Of a stretch of DNA of 64,000 bases, positions 28,725 through 36,910 are shown one piece after another. Every line of letters begins with the position of its first letter. Position 1 is the first letter of the stretch. This DNA comes from Candidatus Marinacidobacterales bacterium (lineage in GTDB: Bacteria; Acidobacteriota; Vicinamibacteria; Marinacidobacterales; DATDRI01). The translations under genes and the position numbers were made by a program. The notes under the pieces were generated by a model that did not search any database, was not told the origin of the DNA, and saw only the letters and a list, made by a program, of their open reading frames with translations. The stretch covers positions 122,247 to 186,246 of the forward strand of contig CBDCTW010000005.1 of the NCBI GenBank assembly GCA_965222425.1, written 5' to 3'.

Positions 28725-29726
28725 TTAATCGGGGCCGAAGAGACGTTCCATAGGTAGAATGCGGACGTAGCTCGGCAGCTCGGTGTCGTCTTGGTCGTTG
28801 TCGTAACTGATGTACAAGTAACCGTCACCTTCCGCTAGGCCCTCTGTTTTTTTACCCCGGTCGAACGTGTCTTGGAGGAGCTCCACTCGACTCGCGGTCG
28901 AGTAAAACCATAGACGGTTACCCAGGAAACGGTGCGTCACGTCGTCTTCCGTGCTGGTGCCGATCAAGAGTCCTTGACGCTCCGGAACCCACAGAAGCGA
29001 CGAAACACAGAAAGGTATGCCTTCGATCATCCCGGCATCGAAGCTCACCGCCAACTCGAGCTCGGCTGGCGGCCCACCCCGTGCCGCATTTTCCAACTCG
29101 GAGAGCGAGAGGCGGTAAATGCGGGCCTGGTCGGTCGGCTCACGAAGACCCACGTAAAGCTCTGACGACGACGGGTTGAAAGCCAAGCCCTCGATCTTCA
29201 TGGCCTTCGGACGCCAGAGCCCAAGTTGTTCGAAGCTCTTATAGAGTGGAAACGTTTCCAGTCGGTTCGCGTAGGGCTCCAATCCTTCGCCCCCTTCTGT
29301 GAGCCGAAACCGAAGAAGGACGCTCGTGGCCCGCAACATGTCCTGCTCCCATCCCGAATGAGAGCCCACGGCGAAGAAGCTCTGAAACAGCTCGTCGAAG
29401 GCCAAGTCCTCGAACTTGGCGCCATCGGTGGGGAACCCTTCGAGGGCTACCGTCTGGGAGAGAATCCCCAGGCGATCGAAAACGAAGAGGGAGCTCAATA
29501 TGTCATCGACGACCACTAGTCGTCCCTGAAAGAAAGCGATCCCCGATGCCTCGAGTCTGGGTATCCGCTGGCGATTCGCGTCTCGCAACTCCAGGAGGAA
29601 TCCGTCGATGTAGTTCGGGAGACTGCCGGCCCACGCGGAAGCCGCGCCGAAAAATACTACGAGCAAGGCCCCGACGAGGCGGCGGGTCAAGGTGCATGGG
29701 GTGAGCATCGATCGCCATCGTAGCAC
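28725..29726 (-). CDS. Secreted hypothetical protein (possibly beta-propeller-like; family not confidently recognised)
   Basis: Signal peptide ...LVGALLVVFFGAASAWA. 333 aa with repeated ...EGLAF.../...GLREP... segments. No catalytic motif recognised. Confidence 0.45.
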   Translation of the reverse strand: MLRWRSMLTPCTLTRRLVGALLVVFFGAASAWAGSLPNYIDGFLLELRDANRQRIPRLEASGIAFFQGRLVVVDDILSSLFVFDRLGILSQTVALEGFPTDGAKFEDLAFDELFQSFFAVGSHSGWEQDMLRATSVLLRFRLTEGGEGLEPYANRLETFPLYKSFEQLGLWRPKAMKIEGLAFNPSSSELYVGLREPTDQARIYRLSLSELENAARGGPPAELELAVSFDAGMIEGIPFCVSSLLWVPERQGLLIGTSTEDDVTHRFLGNRLWFYSTASRVELLQDTFDRGKKTEGLAEGDGYLYISYDNDQDDTELPSYVRILPMERLFGPD

Positions 29727-29741
29727 AAGGGGACGGGACTT

Positions 29742-30047
29742 CAGATCCTGACCGGCGCCAAAATATCGAGTGCCGCTACGTGTCTGGCGTCAAAATAGGA
29801 AGTTGCTACTGGAGACCGTCATTACACGCAGGTGCTACTCGAGCGCGGCAGGACGCCTTTCGGATCCTGTAGGACGCCAAAATACGGAGGTGCTTCTATC
29901 AACCTAGCCAGGCGTGCTCGCAGATCGTGACGGCCGCCTAAATATCCCACTGCCACCATCAACGTGGTGAGGCGGAATCGCCAGATCGTGATGGGCGTCA
30001 AAATATCGCGGTGCTAATAGCAGTCTAGCAAGACGCCGGTTGACACC
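29742..30047 (+). repeat. Tandem array (about 5 units of ~60 nt, one compressed) of the GGCGYC-AAAATA repeat family
   Basis: Core units start at 29754, 29786, 29872, 29932 and 29993 (spacing 32, 86, 60, 61). Unit consensus: CAGATCSTGA-N-GGCGYC-AAAATAYSG-N-GGTGCTWC-ATCAAC-CTAGCCA-GRCGYC. Confidence 0.65.
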
Positions 30048-30069
30048 TTCTCACGCTCAACGTTAGAAT
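30040..30069 (+). promoter_or_regulatory. Sigma-70-like promoter directly after the repeat array
   Basis: TTGACA (30040-30045), 18-nt spacer, TAGAAT (30064-30069). The -35 box overlaps the last repeat unit. The STAS gene starts about 50 nt downstream. Confidence 0.45.
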
Positions 30070-30120
30070 TTCTCGTCCCACATCACAACACCTGACGTGC
30101 GCTCGAGCGGGAGGCCTTTT

Positions 30121-30479
30121 TTGATCATTGGAAAACGCTCTCGCGGTAACTCAACCATCCTAGACATCGAGGGGGCTATCGGGTTGGGAGAAAGCGCCTA
30201 GTTTTTCTCGCAAACACTGGAGAACCTCCTGCGCAACGAAACGACGCACATCGTGATCGACTTCACTAACATCAACTACATCGATAGCACGGGAATCGGC
30301 GAGCTCATTGGATACCTCTCCAAGTTCGCAGGACAGGAGAGGACCGGCAAGTGATTCTGGTCAACCCTTCCGAGCGTATCTCTAGGCTCCTCAACGTCCT
30401 TCGACTGGACAAGGCTTTCAAGATATTCCCGGACGAAGACTCGGCAGTAGCCTACGCCGAAGCGCAAGGAACTTCCTGA
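30121..30479 (+). pseudogene. STAS-domain anti-sigma-factor antagonist (SpoIIAA-like), with amber codon and frameshift
   Basis: GGGAGG, 6 nt, TTG 30121: (M)IIGKRSRGNSTILDIEGAIGLGESA-TAG(30199-30201)-FFSQTLENLLRNETTHIVIDFTNINYIDSTGIGELIGYLSKFAGQERTGK. A 1-nt shift at about 30350 then gives VILVNPSERISRLLNVLRLDKAFKIFPDEDSAVAYAEAQGTS*. Confidence 0.7.
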
Positions 30480-30649
30480 GCGCGTCGTTTTTACCTTCGC
30501 TTCCCCCGCCTTTTAGGATGACAGGACGGGCAGCAAGAGGATCGCGCACATTGATTGGTCACGAAGTAGGGCTAGACCTCGGATCTACTTCGATCGGTCG
30601 GGGGCACTGCTATTGAGAGTGACGAGATCAGCGACACCGAGGTCACTTA

Positions 30650-31334
30650 GAATTCCGGGTCTACGCGGATTCGTGTGGGTAAGTCCTGACGGAAAACAGT
30701 GTAACTCATTGTGTGGGAAAGGTATCCAGACTTCATCAGGTGCTGAAAAGTGGTCCATTTTTCGGATAGGCTAACCGAGTGAAAAATTCCCAGTCGATCC
30801 GCTCGCTGTTTGCGCTGCCAGGTTTCGTGGCTGGTGCCGGATTGAAGGGTGTATTCGATGACCGATACGCCCACGTCATCCAGCTCAAGAGGCGAAAAAA
30901 ACAGCTGTTTGCTCTTACTGTGGGCAACGGTGCCGGGGACGCTATGACAAGCAAGTGTGCCGGGTCCGCGACCTGTCGTTGGCAGGCTGGCGGATCTCTC
31001 TGGAATACGAGCGTTGGCGCGTCAACTGTCCTGGGTGCGGCGGTTTGCATGTAGAACACCTGGACTGGCTGGCGAACAACTCGCGCTACACCTAGCGTTT
31101 TGCGACGCATGTGGGCAAGCTGTGCCGGGATATGCCGGACAAGGCGGTGGCCGAGATGGAACGTCTGCGCCTCCTAGTTGAAGGGGTCAACAACAAAATC
31201 CGTGTGCTGCAACGACGCGCCTACGGCTATCGCGACGAGGAATATCTCAAGCTGAAGATCGTGGCGGCATTCCTTCCGCCATTACCCAGAAATGCCGTCT
31301 TCAACCCACACGAATCCGCGTAGACCCAGAATTC
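30650..31334 (+). mobile_element. Internally deleted, inactivated ISL3-family element (685 bp, MITE-like)
   Basis: 31-bp terminal inverted repeats GAATTC(C/T)GGGTCTACGCGGATTCGTGTGGGT at 30650-30680 and 31304-31334. The transposase N-terminus (...AVCSYCGQRCRGRYDKQVCRVRDLSLAG...RVNCPGCGGLHVEHLDWL...RYT-TAG-RFATHVGKLC...) is joined directly to the extreme C-terminus (EGVNNKIRVLQRRAYGYRDEEYLKLKIV). A frameshift lies in an A7 run at about 30893. No target duplication was seen. Confidence 0.75.
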
Positions 31335-31669
31335 CTTTCGTCCGCCGCTGCACTCTCTCCATCGGTGGAAGGGAGAAATCCGCTTTTTTGATAGATCTTT
31401 CGATCGCGGGAGTCTACGTGAAGGCGGACACCCTGCCCTCGGAAGGTGATGAAGCCGTTCTCAAGTTGCGCGTTCCGGGCAACGATCGGCTCCTCGAGAT
31501 CCAGGCGGTCGTGATTTACGTCAACCAGGACCAAAAACATCCCGTCCACAGCCTTCCCCCGGGGGCGGGATTGCGGTTCCGGAGCCTTTCCGTGGAAGAT
31601 TCCAGGCTGATCGTGGGGACGATATACGCCTACTGCGTGTCAAATCCGGTCTACCGTCAGTACTTGTAG
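31292..31669 (+). CDS. PilZ-domain protein (c-di-GMP receptor type); first 14 codons lie inside the ISL3 remnant
   Basis: PRRPRIPFVRRCTL... (RxxxR-like) and DLSIAGVYV (D-x-S-x-x-G) motifs. 125 aa. The ATG at 31292 lies within the right inverted repeat of the IS remnant. Confidence 0.65.
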   Translation: MPSSTHTNPRRPRIPFVRRCTLSIGGREKSAFLIDLSIAGVYVKADTLPSEGDEAVLKLRVPGNDRLLEIQAVVIYVNQDQKHPVHSLPPGAGLRFRSLSVEDSRLIVGTIYAYCVSNPVYRQYL

Positions 31670-31706
31670 CCCGAGCCGAGCGAGTACTAACCAATTTCCC
31701 GGCTAA

Positions 31707-32171
31707 CTAGCTAGCCGCGGCGAGCGCTAGCTTCACGGCTTCGTCGGGGGAGCTAGCTTGCACCACCCCTTCAATCTCCCAGCTGCCCAGTCCCACCACC
31801 GGCTTCCCCAAGGTCAGAGCCATCGCGATCTCGGAGAGCGTCCCGTGCTTTCCGGCCACCGCCACGACGGCGTCGGCGGTCTGTGCGACGAGGAAGTTGC
31901 GGAAGTGCCCGAGCCCGGTCGCCATCACACAGTCGATATATGCGTTGGCTTGCTCTTTGCGGACGCCAGGAAGGAGACCGAGGGTAAAACCCCCCTCAGA
32001 ACGTGCCCCCCGGGCGGCCGCCTCCATCACGCCGCCTAACCCTCCACAGACCAACACGGCGCCGGCCCGGGCAATGGCTCGACCCACTTCTTCGGCCTGA
32101 CGCGCGACAGCCTCGCCACAGTCACCGGCACCGACCACCGCGATCTGAACGCTCGCCGAAGTCACTGTCAT
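31707..32171 (-). CDS. TIGR00725-type LOG/SLOG-fold (Rossmann, lysine-decarboxylase-like) protein
   Basis: IAVVGAGD..., LVCGGLGGVMEAAARGA, ...VAVAGKHGTLSEIA... is the pattern of the TIGR00725/LOG-like family. The internal ATG at 32171 (MTVTSAS...) is the likely start. Confidence 0.7.
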   Translation of the reverse strand: MTVTSASVQIAVVGAGDCGEAVARQAEEVGRAIARAGAVLVCGGLGGVMEAAARGARSEGGFTLGLLPGVRKEQANAYIDCVMATGLGHFRNFLVAQTADAVVAVAGKHGTLSEIAMALTLGKPVVGLGSWEIEGVVQASSPDEAVKLALAAAS

Positions 32172-32419
32172 ACCTTTCGGACCCCATCCTACAGCTGTGG
32201 CTCCAGGGGGGCTAGCTTGACAATTCGGCCACTTATGGCAGAACATGAAGAAGTTATAAGTTTTTTCCTCCTTGAAGGGATTTCGTTAAACGGAGGGTCA
32301 TCAAGCCCACACGAAGTCAAACACAGTCCCACGACCGGGAGTTCACTTGCTTCTCGTCAGACACAGAGTGGGCCGTCGGCACGCTTGGTGCGTGTGGCGG
32401 AGCAGGGGAGCTGTAGGTC

Positions 32420-32956
32420 ATGGAACAAACGCTCCTCCTCAATGCCACTTACGAGCCACTCCGGGTCGTGTCCTGGCAGAAGGCCATCACGCTCCTCACC
32501 AAGGGCAAGGTGGAGGTGGTGGCGGCGTACGATCGCGACGTTCGCAGCGTCTCCATCACGTTCAAGCTGCCTTCGGTCTTGCGACTCCTTCATCACGTCC
32601 GGATCGCCAGGCGTTTTCATCGCGTGCCTTTTTCGCGCGCCAACATCTATCGTCGCGACAAGTACCGTTGCCAGTATTGCGCACGACGTTTACCCAGCCT
32701 TGAGCTGACTTTCGATCACGTCATCCCGGTCTCCAGGGGTGGCCGCAAGGATTGGGAAAATATCGTTACATGTTGCATCGACTGCAACCGGCTCAAAGGT
32801 GGCAAGATACCCCAGGAGGTGGGTCTACGCCTCGTCCGTCGGCCCAAACGCCCGACGTTTTTGCCGTCCATTCGGATAACGATCGGGCTGCGCGAGGTGC
32901 CGGAGAGTTGGCGCGACTATCTCTATTGGAACGTCGAACTCGACCACGACGGTTGA
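32420..32956 (+). CDS. HNH endonuclease (stand-alone, with conserved ~80-aa N-terminal domain)
   Basis: CQYC...DHVIPVSRGGRKDWENIVTCCIDCNRLKG is a complete HNH/Zn-finger motif. 178 aa. Confidence 0.85.
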   Translation: MEQTLLLNATYEPLRVVSWQKAITLLTKGKVEVVAAYDRDVRSVSITFKLPSVLRLLHHVRIARRFHRVPFSRANIYRRDKYRCQYCARRLPSLELTFDHVIPVSRGGRKDWENIVTCCIDCNRLKGGKIPQEVGLRLVRRPKRPTFLPSIRITIGLREVPESWRDYLYWNVELDHDG

Positions 32957-33370
32957 ACACCCTACCATTCCTTTTGATCCAGCAGGACCGGAGTCACGAA
33001 CCGCTGGGGCAGATTCTTATTCGCCAGGGCCTGCTGACCGACGAGGAGTTGAACGAGCTACTTCGACTGAAAACCAGAGAGAGCATCTACGACTGTTTCC
33101 TCTGGCCGGACGGCGATTTCGTCTTTGAGGATGACCGATTGCCAGAGGAGATGCATCAACGAAATCTCGCTCGACGGGGTTCCCGTGTGGCGCGTGTCAC
33201 TAGACGAGTTGGCCAAATTGGAGCTCGACCCTCACGAAGGGTTTGTCCTTTCTCGAGTCAACGGGAAATGGAACGTCCGCTCCATTCTCAAGATCTGCCC
33301 GATGCAGGAAAACGAGGTCTTGATCATTTTCAAGCGCCTGATGGATATCACGCTCATCGAGTTCCAGTAG
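32952..33370 (+). pseudogene. Hypothetical regulatory-domain protein (GspE-N/MshEN-like LGQIL...GLLT motif plus a PatA-N-like domain), frameshifted
   Basis: TTG 32952 overlaps the HNH stop. (M)NTLPFLLIQQDRSHEPLGQILIRQGLLTDEELNELLRLKTRESIYDCFLWPDGDFVFEDDRLPEEM continues after a 1-nt shift at about 33150 as INEISLDGVPVWRVSLDELAKLELDPHEGFVLSRVNGKWNVRSILKICPMQENEVLIIFKRLMDITLIEFQ*. Confidence 0.4.
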
Positions 33371-33388
33371 CTGTCTCTCTTCGCTAGC

Positions 33389-33637
33389 GTGAAACCGAAT
33401 TTATCCACCGACGAGCGGAGACGGGTGGAGGCTTCGTTCCAGTCAGTGGAATCTCACCAAGTCGACATTACGATCTCAACGATGGAGGTTCGGGGGTCTC
33501 AGGCCTCGGTTCGGATTGCTCGTACAGACACGATCGCCTTCAACGGCAAAAAGCAAACCAACCAATCGCGGCAGACCATGCTCTTGTCCAAGGGGCCGAA
33601 CGGTTGGGTGATCGAACAAATCGCTCAGGCACCCTGA
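33389..33637 (+). CDS. Small hypothetical protein (NTF2/SnoaL-like C-terminal half?)
   Basis: 82-aa ORF with a GTG start. ...VDITISTMEVRGSQASVRIARTD...LLSKGPNGWVIEQI resembles the last strands of NTF2-like folds. Weak call. Confidence 0.3.
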   Translation: MKPNLSTDERRRVEASFQSVESHQVDITISTMEVRGSQASVRIARTDTIAFNGKKQTNQSRQTMLLSKGPNGWVIEQIAQAP

Positions 33638-33675
33638 GCTCGTTCCGGGAATCGCTCATTCACAAAGGAAGCTTC

Positions 33676-34789
33676 ATGCGCAGACGGCTCCAACTGTTCC
33701 TAGCTTTGTGCTTCGTTCTAGGCTCGTCAAGGGCCTACGGTGACGAACCGTTCAACGTCGCGGTGACACCCGACAAGTTGGCTTTTCTCATCACGCAGCT
33801 CTACGGTCCGAATGGCCTCATCGTGGACAGCCTGAGGGCGCTTCCGAGCGGGGCCACGCACTCGGCCCACTTCAATGGTGACTTTCAAGCCGGCTTCACG
33901 CAGTTCAATACCGCCCTCGCAGGCCAGATTGTGAACGTTCCTCTTCCGTCACCTGCTTCCAGCTTCACTTACGAGTTCGACCCGACCCTTGGAGTCTTTA
34001 CGCGCACCACGCAGAGCTTCGGGCCGATTCTCGCTGAACGTTGGGAAACTATTGGTGGCAACAGATTGTCCTTCGGTTTTACCTTCCAACATTTCACCTT
34101 CGATACGGTGGAGGGCTTCGATCTCGACAGCGTGCCCGCCGTCTTTACTCACGACGGCTTCCAGCTCCGCGGCGGACGAGAAGATCTGGTCACTACCATC
34201 CATTCCATCAACGCCACCGTAAACCAATACACGACGTTTATCACGTACGGTGTCACCGACCGGTTGGATGTGTCGCTCGCGATTCCTCTAATCAGCAATG
34301 AGCTGAGGGTCATCTCGGACGCCACGATACGGAGAATCGGGACCGACGACGCCGAAATTCATTTCTTTCGCGGACAAGACGGCACGCTAGGCACTCGACG
34401 GTTGTTCACCGCATCCGGGACCGCGACCGGCCTGGGTGATATCACGGTGCGGATCAAAAGTGCGGTTACCAACGGCCTGTCGTTGGCTTTGGATCTCCGC
34501 ATCCCCACCGGCGATGAGGAGGATCTGTTAGGCTCGGGTGCCGCCGGGCTTGCGCCGTTTCTCATTTGGTCTACGAGCGCCGGAGCGTTCTCGCCGCATG
34601 TCAACGTTGGCTAGGTTCCAGAGCTTGACCTTCACTCAAGGCTCTTTCAACGAGATGAACGGTGCGGTCGGCTTCAAGCTGAACGCGGTCGAAAACCTGC
34701 TCGTCGACTTCAACCTTCTCTTCAACCTCGACAACAACGGCCTCAGGGACAAAGTAACCCCCCTTGTCGGCCTGGAGTACGCGTTCTGA
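33676..34789 (+). pseudogene. Outer-membrane beta-barrel protein (MetA/phenol-degradation-like transporter family), frameshifted before the last strands
   Basis: Signal MRRRLQLFLALCFVLGSSRAYG. Alternating beta pattern to ...FSPHVNVG, then an apparent TAG at 34612. The final strands and the terminal aromatic signal (...VTPLVGLEYAF*) are in the +1 frame (ORF 34538..34789). A 1-nt deletion in a TAY codon explains this. Confidence 0.6.
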
Positions 34790-34913
34790 GAGGCCGCACT
34801 GCAGGGTGCCTAAGAATCTGCTAAGTAGCAACCACATAGTTTGACAGCCGAGTTCGACGCGCGTCGTCTGGCCTCCAGGTACCCCAGACGCCGTTTTCCG
34901 CTACAATCACACG

Positions 34914-35969
34914 ATGTCCTCTATCTGGCCGGGAGTGATTGCGCGCTACAGGGATTGGCTCGAAATCTCCACTGAGGCGGAAACAGTAACCCTGCTCGAG
35001 GGGAACACTCCACTCATCCTCCTTCCCCGGCTCGCGTCCGAGCTGAGTGCGGAGGCGGTCTACCTGAAGTACGAGGGCCTCAATCCCACCGGCTCGTTCA
35101 AGGATCGGGGCATGACGGTGGCGATCACGGATGCCGTACACCGTGGCGCCCAAGCCGTCATCTGCGCCAGCACTGGAAACACTGCGGCGAGCGCGGCCGC
35201 CTACGCGGCGAGAGCGGGACTCCGCTGCTTCGTGGTCGTTCCCGAAGCCAACGTGGCGGCCGGTAAGCTGGCCGGCGCCCTGGCCCATCATGCCGAGATC
35301 GTGCGGCTGCAAGCGTCTTTCGACCAGGCGCTGGACCTGGTGCGGACCGCGGCGGAGCGATTACCGGTGGCCCTGGTCAATTCGCTCAATCCGTACCGCC
35401 TCGAAGGACAAAAAACTGTCGCCTTCGAGATCATCGAAGCCTTGGGGAGGGCACCCGATTGGCTGGCTCTTCCCGTCGGCAATGCCGGAAACATCACTGC
35501 CGCCTGGAAAGGCTTCCGCCAACACCACGATTTGTACGGCACCGACAAACCGAAGCTGCTGGGTGTTCAGGCGGCGGGGGCGGCACCTCTCGTTCTCGGC
35601 CATCCGGTGGACGACCCCTCGACGGTGGCGACAGCGATCCGAATCGGACGACCCGCTCGCGGAGAAGAGGCTCTCTCCGCAGCGAGCGAATCGGGAGGGC
35701 GCATCATTGCCGCTCCCGACGAAACGATCCTCGCCGCACAGGAACGACTCGCCTCGTTTGGAGTTTGGGTCGAACCGGCATCGGCGGCGGGAGTCGCCGG
35801 CCTAATTCAAGAAGCTTCCGCGGGACGCCTCGATGTCAGCGGCCAGACGATCGTCTGTATCGCGACTGGACACGGGCTCAAAGACCCCGGCATCGTCACC
35901 GACCGCTATCCCATGCCGCCTTCCATTCCCGCGGACTTCACTGCCCTCGAAAAGAAACTCGGTTCATGA
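34914..35969 (+). CDS. thrC: Threonine synthase
   Basis: PLP lysine motif GSFKDRGM, 351 aa. Translationally coupled (ATGA) to homoserine kinase. Confidence 0.9.
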   Translation: MSSIWPGVIARYRDWLEISTEAETVTLLEGNTPLILLPRLASELSAEAVYLKYEGLNPTGSFKDRGMTVAITDAVHRGAQAVICASTGNTAASAAAYAARAGLRCFVVVPEANVAAGKLAGALAHHAEIVRLQASFDQALDLVRTAAERLPVALVNSLNPYRLEGQKTVAFEIIEALGRAPDWLALPVGNAGNITAAWKGFRQHHDLYGTDKPKLLGVQAAGAAPLVLGHPVDDPSTVATAIRIGRPARGEEALSAASESGGRIIAAPDETILAAQERLASFGVWVEPASAAGVAGLIQEASAGRLDVSGQTIVCIATGHGLKDPGIVTDRYPMPPSIPADFTALEKKLGS

Positions 35970-36892
35970 AGCCGGTCATCGCTAGTGCTCCCGCGTCGAG
36001 CGCCAACTTAGGACCAGGATTCGATTGTCTGGGGCTCGCAGTGAATCTTTGCAACACCGTCAAAATGAGCCCGGCGAAGGCAGGAGTGCGCGTCGAGATC
36101 GAAGGAGAAGGTTCAGCGAGCCTGCCTCGAGGAGCCAGAAACTTGATGGTGCGGGCGGCTCGAAGGGTATTCGATCTCGTCGGCAAAGCCCCATCCGGAA
36201 TCAGCCTAAAAATAACCAATCAGATTCCTCTGGGGTCGGGTCTCGGATCGTCGGCCGCCGCGGTGGTAGCAGCGATGACGGCCGCCAACGCGATGACCGG
36301 GGGAAAACTGAAGCAGGAAGACCTATTGCAGTTGGCTTACAACATGGAGGGGCACCCGGACAATGCCGCCGCATCTCTTTTTGGTGGATTGAACCTGGTG
36401 AGCGTGGGTTCGGGAACCGCGATCGCTCGCCAAGTCCGGGTGGCGGACTTCAAGCTCGTTGTTGCCCTGCCGCTCGTCCAAATCTCGACCAAGGAAATGC
36501 GGCGAGCCTTGCCGCGTCGCGTTCCGCTGCGAGACGCCGTTTTCAACGTGGGTCGGGCTCTGTTCACGGTCGAGGCGCTAAGAACCGGTGACTATGAACT
36601 GCTGGAGCTAGCTATGGCCGATCGGCTGCACCAAAGTTATCGCTTGCGTTTTATCCCCGGGGGAGAAGCGGCGATGTCAGCGGCACGGAAGGCAGGCGCA
36701 GCGGCAGTTGCGCTATCCGGCTCGGGACCGGCCATTGTCGCCTTTGCACCCGACCGGCACGAGCGCATCGCGAGAGCCATGACGCGGACCTTCAAAGGAG
36801 CCGGGCTCGAGGTCAAGACGTTCATCCTCAACATCCATCGGCAGGGGACGCGCGTCCAACCGTCGAAGGAGAGCGCCAGCACCCGACCCTGA
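35966..36892 (+). CDS. thrB: Homoserine kinase
   Basis: SSANLGPGFDCLG and PLGSGLGSSAAA (GHMP kinase) motifs. The true start is ATG 35966. The long ORF-track N-terminal extension (35459..) is the +1 frame of thrC. Confidence 0.9.
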   Translation: MKPVIASAPASSANLGPGFDCLGLAVNLCNTVKMSPAKAGVRVEIEGEGSASLPRGARNLMVRAARRVFDLVGKAPSGISLKITNQIPLGSGLGSSAAAVVAAMTAANAMTGGKLKQEDLLQLAYNMEGHPDNAAASLFGGLNLVSVGSGTAIARQVRVADFKLVVALPLVQISTKEMRRALPRRVPLRDAVFNVGRALFTVEALRTGDYELLELAMADRLHQSYRLRFIPGGEAAMSAARKAGAAAVALSGSGPAIVAFAPDRHERIARAMTRTFKGAGLEVKTFILNIHRQGTRVQPSKESASTRP

Positions 36893-36910
36893 AACCCGCT
36901 CGGGAATCCA

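Noticed and set aside
29742-30047. Possible CRISPR array, because of regularly spaced repeats of about 60 nt
   Set aside because: - The repeats are degenerate, at roughly 60-80% identity between units.
- They abut one another without unique spacers of constant length.
- The same unit occurs singly and inverted at other intergenic sites.
- No cas genes are nearby.
29742-30047. Integron attC sites or a cassette array
   Set aside because: - ATCAAC and GTTGAC are present, but they do not fit the RYYYAAC...GTTRRRY pairing geometry.
- The units are not separated by cassette ORFs.
- No intI gene is present.
35459-35965. 169-codon N-terminal extension of the homoserine kinase ORF
   Set aside because: - It is the +1 frame of thrC and is Arg/Gly/Ser-rich.
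- The kinase homology begins at the ATG at 35966, which overlaps the thrC stop.
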